Position numbers and translations under genes: made by a program
Notes under the pieces: generated by a model
The model's input: the letters and a program-made list of their open reading frames with translations, nothing else
The model's database searches: none
What the model was told of the DNA's origin: nothing
Assembly (NCBI RefSeq): GCF_002075285.3
Contig: NZ_CP021983.2
Location: 3,150,001-3,182,000 of the forward strand
DNA length: 32,000 bases
Direction of reading: 5' to 3'
From: Halomicronema hongdechloris C2206
GTDB lineage: Bacteria; Cyanobacteriota; Cyanobacteriia; Phormidesmidales; Phormidesmidaceae
Shown here: one piece after another, positions 7,386-16,200 of the stretch
How positions within the stretch are numbered: the first letter of the stretch is position 1
How the letters are laid out: each line of letters opens with the position of its first letter

Positions 7386-10300
7386 TGTTTGCACTACCTA
7401 TTTATCGCTCCTGGCCACTCTTGGCTGTCTTACTCAGTTGGAGTGCTATTGCTACTCCGGCAGAAGCCGATACCCATGGCGATGAAGCTGCTCCTGCTGA
7501 CTCAGCAGTTGCGCTGGATAGCATGCTGGCGGTGACAGAAATGCCCCTAGGTGTTGCCGATAGTCAGCAGTCACTTGCCCAGCGGCAGGATTCCCAACCG
7601 CTTACTCCCGATGCCATACCGACAAATAGGCCGAGGAGGACCCAGTCGCCCCCCCTACTGCCGGCTCCAGGGCGCTCGATGGAGTCGTCAGTAGGGGTGC
7701 CGACAGAGGAAAAGTTAGTGCCTCATCCCCTCGAGCCCGCTGATTTGTTGCCCCGACCAGGGGAACCTCGGTTGACCCTGAGGCCAGCTGAAGACAGCTT
7801 TATTCACGCTGACAACCGGTCTACCCTCCTGTTGGAGGGCGAAGTTCTTGAGGTCGATGGTACACCTATCACCCACGATGTGGTAGTAACCCTAACGACT
7901 ACGGCGGGAGAATTTGTCGGCGCAGATTATGACCCCGATCGCCCCGGATTTCAGGTATTAGCTCGCCAAGGTACTTATCAGGCTCGGCTGCGCTCTGGCC
8001 TGGAAGCCCAATCGGTGCGGGTGCGGGCCGCGGTTAGTGGCATAGACGCCCGGGGTCTGGATCCGGAGGCCGTGAATGAACCCTATCCTACTTTGGAGGC
8101 CTTCAGTCAAGTTTCCTTTATCACCAATCTACGGCCCTCTCTATTTTCTGGTGTCGTCGATTTTCGCATCGGTCCAGGGGGGGCAGATTTTTGGGATAGC
8201 TTCCGAGAATTTTTGCCCCCAGACGACCCTGATGACGTCGATGTTGACTTGGGCGTGGCCCTGTTTGGCACCTTTCCCCTGGGAGAATGGCAGTTTACTG
8301 GAGCCTATAACAGCGAGCGGCCTCTGAATGAGCGCTGCGATGGTAATAACGAGCTCTTCCGGGACGATCAATTTTGTGAGCAGCGGTATCCGGTCTATGG
8401 CGACAGTTCCACCAACGACTATCTGACCCCGTCTATCGATAGCGTGTATCTGCGGCTGCAACGGGATTCCGAGATCCTGGGTCGCGAGCCGGACTATGTG
8501 ATGTGGGGAGACTACCATACTCAAGAGCTGGCTAGAGCCTCTCAGGATTTCACTGCGATTACCCGGCAGCTACATGGCTTTAAGGGCAACTATAGCTGGG
8601 GACCGCTGCAGTTGACGGCCCTATATGCCAACAACCTGCGCCCCTTTCAACGAGACACCATCGTCCCCGATGGCACCAGCGGCTACTACTTCCTCTCCCG
8701 GCGGTTAGTGCTACCCGGTAGCGAAAATGTCTTCATCGAAACCGAAGAGTTAAACCGACCCGGTACTGTGGTAGAGCGGCAGCAACTCAGTCGTGGCGCT
8801 GATTACGAAATCGACTACGACCGCGGTACCTTACTATTCCGGCAACCCCTGTTGGCTACGGAGGTAGATCCTCTGGGTGTGACCCTAGTCAGGCGCATTG
8901 TGGTCACCTATCAGGTGGATGGTGAAGAAGCCCGGGGAGACCTCTTTGCCAGTCGGTTGCAATACAACTTCAATGGCCAGACTGATGCAGACGGCTGGAC
9001 TGGCGTAACCGTTCTCACCCAAGACCAAGGGATTCAAGACTTTTCCCTCTACGGAGTGGACCTAATGGTGCCCCTTGGTGATAAGGGACAACTGGTGGGA
9101 GAATTTGCCCACTCCGATTCCTCCTCGCCGGAGTTGGATGCTTCGGGGCAAGCCTACCGTCTAGAAGCTAGCGGTTCGCCCTTAGAGGGTCTTGATGCCC
9201 GGGCCTATTTCCGTTCCACTGACAGTGATTTCCGCAATAACAGCACCCTAAGTTTTCGACCAGGGCAAACTCGCTGGGGCGGTAGCTTTGATGCTCGTTT
9301 GGGTCCCGATACCCAAGTCAGGGCCCAGTTCGATCAAGAAACCAACTTTGGTCCCTCGTCCACGGTGTTGACCTCGGCAGATGCCTTGCTCTCCCCAGGG
9401 TTGGAGGCCTCCCAGGGACCACCGGTTAGCAATCGCCTTAATACCCTCAGCATTGGGGTACAGCAGCGCATTGCTCCTCTGACGTTGGGCCTTGATTGGG
9501 TGCATCGCTCTCGCGAAGACTGGGCGGCTGGTACGGACACCAGCAGTAGTCAATTAGTATCTCGTCTAAACTGGCCCCTGCTGCCCAACTTAACTTTTTT
9601 GGCCCAAAACGAGCTGAATGTTAGCTCCGAGCGCGATCCCCTCTACCCCACCCGTACCGTGGTGGGCCTGGAGTATGATGTCGAACCGGGGGTGAAACTA
9701 CGCTTAGCCCAACAATTTTTCTCTGGAGGGGAGGAACCAGGGTCAATCACTAGCCTAGATACCCTGTTTGACCACGAGCTCAGCGACAATACTAGCCTGA
9801 CTGGGCGCTATTCTCTGTTGGGAGGGTTCAATGGCATTACTGGCCAGGGCGCCATTGGCCTTAACCATCGGGTCACCTTGGCTCCAGGACTACGGGCTAA
9901 TTTTGCCCTAGAGCGCATCTTCAGCGATGGCTTCGAGGAAACGGGCAGTGGCCAGCGGTTTGCTCAGCCTTTTGCGGTAGGATCTGGAGCTTTTGCCTTG
10001 GGATTGCAGTCAGGTACGGCTTACTCTGTGGGGCTGGAATATACCGATAATCCGGCCTTTCAAGCCAGTGCCCGCATTGAGCATCGAGACTCTTCTGCCG
10101 GAGACAACACCGTTATCTCAGCCTCGGCAGCGGGGCGCATTACCCCGGCGCTGACCTCCCTATTTCGCTATCAGCACGCCAATTTTTCTAACCAGACCAT
10201 TGACCAACTGGGAGACTCGATCGATCTCAGGTTAGGCATGGCTTACCGCAACCCCAATAACGACAAGTTTAATGGACTGCTGAGCTATGAGTATCGCAAA

Positions 10301-10891
10301 AATCCCTCCACCACACCCTTAAGTATTCTGCAGGATGTCAGCAGTGAGTCCTCCGATCACACCCTGTCTCTGGAGGGGATATACGCGCCTAACTGGCAGT
10401 GGGAGTTTTACGGCAAATACGCCATGCGTTATAGCAATGCCACTATTGGCGGTAGCTTTGGCGATGACTTTTCGTTTAGTAACGCTATTCACCTAGCCCA
10501 ACTGCGGGCATCCTATCGCTTTGCCTACCACTGGGATGTCTTAGGGGAAGTGCGCTGGATTGGTCAACCAGCTGCCAATTTTAATGAGATTGGCACCGCC
10601 ATTGAATTGGGGTATTACTTAACGCCAGATCTGCGCATTGGTGTGGGCTATAGCTTTGGTCGGGCCGATGATGATTCCTTTGGCGGCAGTGGCGCCCGTA
10701 GTGCTGGTGGTCCCTATCTGGGCATATCGATGAAGGTAAATCAACTGTTTGATGGCTTTGGAGTGCAACCCACTGCCCCAGCTCAACAGGAAGAGTCTTA
10801 TGTTGATACGACTCAACCCCCAGACAATGAGCTTCCTGATGACGACAATTCTGAGGATCTGTCCACTGAACCAGGAGGCACATCCCGGTGA
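7385..10891 (+). CDS. large predicted outer-membrane protein: signal peptide, Pro-rich linker, Ig-like (Big_1-type) domain, extended beta-barrel region, acidic tail
   Basis: The signal peptide reads ...LLSWSAIATPAEA|D. GGAGG lies about 10 nt upstream of the ATG. An Ig-like block at aa ~134-219 reads ADNRSTLLLEGEVLEVDGTPITHDVVVTLTTTAGEF...VRVRAAV. The C-terminal ~600 aa show repeated amphipathic beta-hairpins with aromatic girdles (TAYSVGLEYTD, SLFRYQHANF, LLSYEYRKN, WEFYGKYAMRYS, LRASYRFAYHWDVLGEVRW, IELGYYLTPDLRIGVGYSFG). I recognise no specific family. Confidence 0.75.
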   Translation: MFALPIYRSWPLLAVLLSWSAIATPAEADTHGDEAAPADSAVALDSMLAVTEMPLGVADSQQSLAQRQDSQPLTPDAIPTNRPRRTQSPPLLPAPGRSMESSVGVPTEEKLVPHPLEPADLLPRPGEPRLTLRPAEDSFIHADNRSTLLLEGEVLEVDGTPITHDVVVTLTTTAGEFVGADYDPDRPGFQVLARQGTYQARLRSGLEAQSVRVRAAVSGIDARGLDPEAVNEPYPTLEAFSQVSFITNLRPSLFSGVVDFRIGPGGADFWDSFREFLPPDDPDDVDVDLGVALFGTFPLGEWQFTGAYNSERPLNERCDGNNELFRDDQFCEQRYPVYGDSSTNDYLTPSIDSVYLRLQRDSEILGREPDYVMWGDYHTQELARASQDFTAITRQLHGFKGNYSWGPLQLTALYANNLRPFQRDTIVPDGTSGYYFLSRRLVLPGSENVFIETEELNRPGTVVERQQLSRGADYEIDYDRGTLLFRQPLLATEVDPLGVTLVRRIVVTYQVDGEEARGDLFASRLQYNFNGQTDADGWTGVTVLTQDQGIQDFSLYGVDLMVPLGDKGQLVGEFAHSDSSSPELDASGQAYRLEASGSPLEGLDARAYFRSTDSDFRNNSTLSFRPGQTRWGGSFDARLGPDTQVRAQFDQETNFGPSSTVLTSADALLSPGLEASQGPPVSNRLNTLSIGVQQRIAPLTLGLDWVHRSREDWAAGTDTSSSQLVSRLNWPLLPNLTFLAQNELNVSSERDPLYPTRTVVGLEYDVEPGVKLRLAQQFFSGGEEPGSITSLDTLFDHELSDNTSLTGRYSLLGGFNGITGQGAIGLNHRVTLAPGLRANFALERIFSDGFEETGSGQRFAQPFAVGSGAFALGLQSGTAYSVGLEYTDNPAFQASARIEHRDSSAGDNTVISASAAGRITPALTSLFRYQHANFSNQTIDQLGDSIDLRLGMAYRNPNNDKFNGLLSYEYRKNPSTTPLSILQDVSSESSDHTLSLEGIYAPNWQWEFYGKYAMRYSNATIGGSFGDDFSFSNAIHLAQLRASYRFAYHWDVLGEVRWIGQPAANFNEIGTAIELGYYLTPDLRIGVGYSFGRADDDSFGGSGARSAGGPYLGISMKVNQLFDGFGVQPTAPAQQEESYVDTTQPPDNELPDDDNSEDLSTEPGGTSR

Positions 10892-12966
10892 TTAGACCCC
10901 TACGATCGCAAGCAATGTTTCATCCTGGGCTATTAGTGTTGGCCGGAACCATGACCCTAGGACTGGCGACGTCGGTATCGTCAGCAGATGTGACCGCCTC
11001 TGCCTATCGGATTACGGTCAACAGTGCTCTCGATGGCTCCGTTGCTGCCGATGTGGAGTTGACTCTGCGAGAAGCCATCTTGCTGGCGAATCATGAGTTG
11101 TCGCTAGAAGATCTGAGCCAGGTGGAGCGAGGGCTGGTTACCCCGATCACGGCGCCCGGGTCAATTATCGAGTTTGAGTTGCCTAGCGATGACAGGGTGA
11201 TTGAGCTGGTAGATTTATTGCCGTCAATTGCCACAGCCGATGTTGTTATCGATGGCACCACCCAGCCCGGATACGGTGAGACAGTCTCTGCCGTTGACAA
11301 TATCCCAACACCTGGAGTCAGTATCACGGCAGCTCCGGGAGAGGAGGTTTTCCGCGGGCTCACGATTACCGCGGATAGCGTCACTGTGCGGGGGATGAGT
11401 CTCTACGGATTCAGAGCTCAACATCGAGCGACCCAGACTACACCGCCGGCGGATATTTTCATCAGTAATGCGCCGCCCCCAGCCGATGCCAGCCCAGCGT
11501 CACCGCCAGTGAGCTTCTTTCAGTTTCAAGATCCGGCGTTGGCCCCTCAAGATGTGGTGATTGAGCTGAACTGGCTGGGGATAACGCCCGATGAGTCAAT
11601 TCCCGAGCATCGCTCTGCCTTTGGGGTATCGGTATTTAATGGGGTCGATACGGTGGTGCGGCAAAACCGGATTCAGCACCACCAGGGCAGCGGCGTGATC
11701 ACGGCGGTGCGGGCCCAGGGGCTACGGCTCACGGAAAATGTCATCCTGGGCAATGGCGTGGCTGGGATGCCGGATGCGGTGCGTCTGGAAGGTCAGATTG
11801 AGGGCACTGTGGTTACAGGCAACCTGATCTGTGGCAACGATGGCAGCGGTCTGTTTTTATTCAAGCCGGAGGGCGCCAGTCTGATTCAGGGGAATGATAT
11901 TCGCTTCAATGGTCGTCGCTTTGAGCGGGCAGCCGTGTATCTCATGGGCCGGGGCCATCAGGTGTTAGAGAATACCATCGGCTATCAACCGGGACCGGGG
12001 GTGGCGATTAGCGCCTTTCCCAGAAGCGATCGCAACCTGATTCGCCATAACCGCTTCACCCATTTAGACGGTCTCAGCATCGACCTAGGTGCCGATGACA
12101 ATACTGGTGTGCGGGACTTCCAGCAGGCCGATGGTCCTAATCCTCCCCGGAACTCCTACAACCGCCGTCTGGATACGGCCAATGGCGCCATTAATGCGCC
12201 TGGGTTTGACCAGTATGAGTTTGGGACAGACACCGAGACAACGCTGGTGACAGGCAACGCTGATCCAGGCAGTGAAGTTGACATTTATCAGGTGGTCGAA
12301 GGTGGCGGTCCCTACAGTCCTCTGGATACGCCCCTGACGACAGTGACTGCCGATGAGCAAGGGCGCTTCCAACTGAGCTGGGAGAAACCAGAGGGGACCT
12401 GGCTCAGTGCCATTGCCAGCGACCCCCTCTATGGCACCTCAGAACCCTCGCCAGTGGTCAAAGTGCTGGGCAGCGAGGGCACGGTGCCGGAACGTAGCCC
12501 TCAACTTCCCTATACAGCTAGCTGCCTGCCACCGGCAGTGGCCGCCGAACCGCCGCCCCCAGAACCGCTGCAGTTGCGGGTGCCCCGTAACATTCATTTT
12601 GCGCTGGACCGCTCCAATATTAGCCCCGAGAGTGCCGTCATCCTCGACCAAATTGTCGCAGTGATGCAGCAATACTCCTTTCTGGTGATCGAACTGCGGG
12701 GCCATACCGACCCTCGAGCCAGTGCTGCCTATAACCAGGCCCTCAGCGAGCGCCGGGCTCTAGCCGCCCGGGAGTATCTGCTGCGGCAGGGGATTGCCCC
12801 GGAGCGGCTGCGGATTTTGCCTTTGGGAGAAAGCCAACGCGCCACCAGCGGCAACACCCGCCTCGACTATGCCCGCGATCGCAGGGTAGAGTTCATCTTC
12901 CTCGATACCCGCGGCCTTGAAATTATCTTTGAGGCTCAAGAGAGCGATCTACAGATAGAACCCTAA
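10888..12966 (+). CDS. secreted right-handed beta-helix (CSLREA-type N-terminus) protein with C-terminal OmpA-like peptidoglycan-binding domain
   Basis: The GTG start overlaps the upstream stop (GTGA). AGGAGG lies 9 nt upstream, and an alternative ATG lies at 10915. A signal peptide is present. The LTLREAILLAN motif is CSLREA-like. PbH1-type repeats read NRIQHH.GSGV.., NVILGNG.., GNLICGNDGSGLF, GNDIRFNG. The OmpA_C block reads IHFALDRSNISPES...LRGHTDPRASAAYNQALSERRALAAREYL...RDRRVEFIF. Confidence 0.85.
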   Translation: MIRPLRSQAMFHPGLLVLAGTMTLGLATSVSSADVTASAYRITVNSALDGSVAADVELTLREAILLANHELSLEDLSQVERGLVTPITAPGSIIEFELPSDDRVIELVDLLPSIATADVVIDGTTQPGYGETVSAVDNIPTPGVSITAAPGEEVFRGLTITADSVTVRGMSLYGFRAQHRATQTTPPADIFISNAPPPADASPASPPVSFFQFQDPALAPQDVVIELNWLGITPDESIPEHRSAFGVSVFNGVDTVVRQNRIQHHQGSGVITAVRAQGLRLTENVILGNGVAGMPDAVRLEGQIEGTVVTGNLICGNDGSGLFLFKPEGASLIQGNDIRFNGRRFERAAVYLMGRGHQVLENTIGYQPGPGVAISAFPRSDRNLIRHNRFTHLDGLSIDLGADDNTGVRDFQQADGPNPPRNSYNRRLDTANGAINAPGFDQYEFGTDTETTLVTGNADPGSEVDIYQVVEGGGPYSPLDTPLTTVTADEQGRFQLSWEKPEGTWLSAIASDPLYGTSEPSPVVKVLGSEGTVPERSPQLPYTASCLPPAVAAEPPPPEPLQLRVPRNIHFALDRSNISPESAVILDQIVAVMQQYSFLVIELRGHTDPRASAAYNQALSERRALAAREYLLRQGIAPERLRILPLGESQRATSGNTRLDYARDRRVEFIFLDTRGLEIIFEAQESDLQIEP

Positions 12967-13020
12967 GATTGCTCCGTTAGGGGCAACGGCCAGTCCAGCT
13001 GATTTGCGTAGAACTAAGAT

Positions 13021-15954
13021 ATGAAGCGTTTTCAGGACATTTTAAGCTCTCGCCTATCCCTGCCGCAGCCTGGCTGCCGCTCCTCTGTCACCGGTTGGGG
13101 AGCGGCGTTGGCTGGTGCGATCGCAACGGGTTTGCTCTCTCCCCAATCCGCATCCGCTGCCACCTTAGACTGGGGGACCTTCAACTGGACAGCACCGGCT
13201 CCAGACCCCCCCCCCATTACCCAGGTCTTTCCCACCCCCATCGGTGACCCTGCCACCATCAATGGCGTCAAGCTGCGGTTTACCTGGACCGGAGCCACCG
13301 ATGACTTTACCGTACTCAGTGATGCCGCCAGCCCTTTGACAGGTGGCTTGGGAGCCGGAAACAATCTAAACATTCAATTCGATCCCGATACCGTTGCCGA
13401 AACCGTCAACCTCACCATTGAATACCTAGACGACGCGGGTAACCCCATACCAGTCGAAGGGGTCCGCCTGATCGTGATTGACATCGACCGTGATGATTTA
13501 GGTGGTTGGCAGGATCAGGTTACCTTAGACGGTTCCCTCGGCGGCACAAACGTACTACCAACCATCTCCGATGCCACTAATCCTCCCCCAGCACCACCTA
13601 CTACTACTCCCGGCATCACAAATGCACTAACTGTCGATATTGCGGGTAATGTCGCCACAGGCGTGTACCCCCCTGCGACAACTGATGAAGCACAGAATGA
13701 TACTGCAGACGGTAACATCGTTGCCGACTACGCTTCGGCTGTTGATCAAACAACTCTAGTTTATGGCAACGGTCCTGACTCACCAGCCGATCCAGCCAAC
13801 CACGGTATCGGCCTCTTCAATGTATTTTTCCAACCTGCCATCATTGGGGTGGCCAAACAGGCCGGCACGCCCACCCAAAACCCTGATGGCACCTTCACGA
13901 TTCCCTACACCGTTGTAGTGGAAAACCTGGGAGAAGTTGCTCTTGACGACGTACAGGTAACCGAGAACCTAACTGGCACCTTTGCCGCCACCAATGGATT
14001 TACTGTCTCCAACCCTCGCATCGTGGCCTCGCCAGGGGGCTTCGGCGGTAGCATTAACGGTGGTTTCAACGGCAATACCAGCACCACCCTCCTAGCAGGC
14101 TCAGCCGCCGCCCGCACCCTCGCGGTTGGCGACACCCTGACCCTGGCCTTCGATGTCACCGTTACTCCCGGAGCTGGAGCCGGCGGCTATGGTCCTTTCA
14201 ATAACAACGTGACGGCTACGGGCCAAAGTCCCAGTGGTGCCCCCGTTACCGATGAGTCAGACGACGGTGCCGACCCCGATCCCGACGGCAATGGCAGCCC
14301 CACCGAAAATGACCCCACTGTGGTGAACCTGCCTGCAATTGGGGTGGCCAAGCGGGTGATCGATATTCAGGATGTCGGCGGCACCCCAAATCCTGACGAC
14401 CTCGACATTACCTACGAGGTGGTGGTGGAAAACTTCGGCAATGAGCCCCTAGACAATGTGCAATTGGTGGAAGATTTGATTGATCCCACCACCGGCAATC
14501 CCACCTTCGGGGCTGGCAACTTCACCATCGCTGCCGGACCCACGGTGACGGCTGGTACCCTGACCGCCAATGGTGGCTTTAATGGAACCACCGATACCAA
14601 CTTGCTGGATGCGGCTAACAGTACCTTGGCCGTCGGGGCCAGTGGCACGGTGCAAATTACTGTGCGAGTGACAGACAGCAACAGTTCTCCGCCATTGCCA
14701 GCAGCACCTCCAGCCATCTATCGTAACCAGGTCAATGCCAGTGGTGTCGGTCGCACCAGTGGCGGTAACGTCTCAGACACCTCGGATAACGGTGCCGATG
14801 CCGATGAAGACGGGGATGGCAACCCCGCCAACAATAGTACGCCCACTCCCGTGCGCCTGCCTCCCACGCCAGCCATCGGCACTTCTAAACGAGTGGTGTC
14901 AACGACAGCCGCCCCTACCGGGGCCTTTGGCGGTGATACGATCCGCGTCGTCTACGAGATCGTCGTCGAAAACATTGGCGGCGAAACCCTCGACACGGTG
15001 CAGCTCAGTGAAGACCTAACCCCTACCTTTGGGGCAGGCAGCTTTCAAGTCCAGAACTTGCAACAAACCGCCGGAGCCAACACAATTACCGTCAATGGTG
15101 GTTTCGACGGCGGTGCTACCCCTGAACTCCTGGTGGCAGCTACCAGCACCCTAGATATTGGGGAGAGTGCCACACTGCAATTGACCGTAGATGTCGATCA
15201 AACCTCCACTACATTGCCCACCCCTCTCCCCGGTCCCTTCGAGAATCAGGTAGAAGCGACGGCCCAGGGCACTTTCACCAACACTCCAGTTGACGACCTC
15301 TCCAACAATGGTACCCAAGCCGCTATCGATCCCAATGGCAATGCCAATGCCAATGAGCCGGACGAGAATACCCCCACCCCAGTATTATTTGTCGGAGATT
15401 TACAATTGGTGAAGCGGATTACCAATGTCTTCCGCAATGGGACTCCTCTCTCTGCTGCCGAGATTGGCGGTGATCCCAGTGCCGTCATCAATGGTCCCGG
15501 CGCCGACGACGATGATCTGATTGCCGCTAGTGGCGGCCAGTTACCCGCGGGGTTACTCTCGGTGCCCACTAATCTGCTCTCAGGGGATGAAGTAGAATAC
15601 ACCATTTACTTCTTCAATGATGGCGCCCTAGCCGTCAATGACGTGCAACTCTGCGATGAGTTAGAGCCTCCCAGCATCTTCGTGCCAGGGAGTTTAGCGC
15701 TCTCGGCTCCAGTGGCCCTACCAGGTCCCCTAGGGGCCTTCGGTGCCAGTGGATTACTAGACACTCGCAATCCCCTAGCTCCCTTAGAGCCCTCCTGTAT
15801 CAATGCTCCCGGCGCCTTTCCCGTTGGCCCACCCGGCCCCACTGATACCACCATTGGCGTCGGGGCTGGCGGCGGTGTCATCCTAGGAGGCACGGGCTTC
15901 ACCGTAGATTCTAGTAACGTCGGGGCACTGCGCTTTAGAATTACACTGCCCTAG
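13021..15954 (+). CDS. secreted multi-DUF11-repeat surface protein (977 aa)
   Basis: A signal peptide is present (..GAIATGLLSPQSASA|AT). The N-terminal ~225 aa domain is unassigned. Four tandem DUF11-type modules follow, each with the motifs (I/L)G(V/T)(A/S)K.., Y.(V/I)VVEN.G...L..VQ..E(N/D)L and N.V.A(T/S). Acidic D.SD(D/N)GAD.D.DG(N/D)G linkers separate the modules. I saw no LPXTG, PEP-CTERM or obvious T9SS CTD. Confidence 0.85.
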   Translation: MKRFQDILSSRLSLPQPGCRSSVTGWGAALAGAIATGLLSPQSASAATLDWGTFNWTAPAPDPPPITQVFPTPIGDPATINGVKLRFTWTGATDDFTVLSDAASPLTGGLGAGNNLNIQFDPDTVAETVNLTIEYLDDAGNPIPVEGVRLIVIDIDRDDLGGWQDQVTLDGSLGGTNVLPTISDATNPPPAPPTTTPGITNALTVDIAGNVATGVYPPATTDEAQNDTADGNIVADYASAVDQTTLVYGNGPDSPADPANHGIGLFNVFFQPAIIGVAKQAGTPTQNPDGTFTIPYTVVVENLGEVALDDVQVTENLTGTFAATNGFTVSNPRIVASPGGFGGSINGGFNGNTSTTLLAGSAAARTLAVGDTLTLAFDVTVTPGAGAGGYGPFNNNVTATGQSPSGAPVTDESDDGADPDPDGNGSPTENDPTVVNLPAIGVAKRVIDIQDVGGTPNPDDLDITYEVVVENFGNEPLDNVQLVEDLIDPTTGNPTFGAGNFTIAAGPTVTAGTLTANGGFNGTTDTNLLDAANSTLAVGASGTVQITVRVTDSNSSPPLPAAPPAIYRNQVNASGVGRTSGGNVSDTSDNGADADEDGDGNPANNSTPTPVRLPPTPAIGTSKRVVSTTAAPTGAFGGDTIRVVYEIVVENIGGETLDTVQLSEDLTPTFGAGSFQVQNLQQTAGANTITVNGGFDGGATPELLVAATSTLDIGESATLQLTVDVDQTSTTLPTPLPGPFENQVEATAQGTFTNTPVDDLSNNGTQAAIDPNGNANANEPDENTPTPVLFVGDLQLVKRITNVFRNGTPLSAAEIGGDPSAVINGPGADDDDLIAASGGQLPAGLLSVPTNLLSGDEVEYTIYFFNDGALAVNDVQLCDELEPPSIFVPGSLALSAPVALPGPLGAFGASGLLDTRNPLAPLEPSCINAPGAFPVGPPGPTDTTIGVGAGGGVILGGTGFTVDSSNVGALRFRITLP
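13837..15390 (+). repeat. three tandem ~165-180-aa DUF11-type coding modules (a fourth, divergent module follows to about 15750)
   Basis: The module boundaries are aa 273-438, 439-617 and 618-790. The conserved Lys sits at K279, K444, K623 and K798. Confidence 0.75.
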
Positions 15955-16200
15955 ACGTCCAGTCGAGGCTGCCTAGCCTGCATAGGTCGTCACCCATGGG
16001 ACATAGAATCTCTTAGGCGGCTGTAGAGAAAGTCTCTGAATTGGGAACTATAGAGTTGCTCAGATGCCTTAGAGCAAGATGGATGCTTAACGTCCTGTAT
16101 GACGGTGGTCATGTCTGTTGCATAACTGCAGCAAATTTTGTTGTGGTTGTAGTGTTTTGAGCGATGTCACTGTTGCTGTCCTAGTCGCTCGGGAGACAAT

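Noticed and set aside
13032-15902. Many antisense ORFs inside the 977-aa gene (for example 13032..13373, 14412..14717, 15246..15605, 15606..15902), with similar ones inside the barrel and beta-helix genes
   Set aside because: These are typical stop-poor antisense frames of GC-rich, repeat-rich coding DNA. Their translations are low-complexity (P/G/A/S/V) and are fully contained in well-supported genes.
15955-16200. Possible terminator after the 977-aa gene (AGGCT-GCCT-AGCCT hairpin near 15966-15980)
   Set aside because: The stem is only 5 bp with no following T-run. That is insufficient to call a terminator, so read-through into the pyruvyl transferase gene cannot be excluded.
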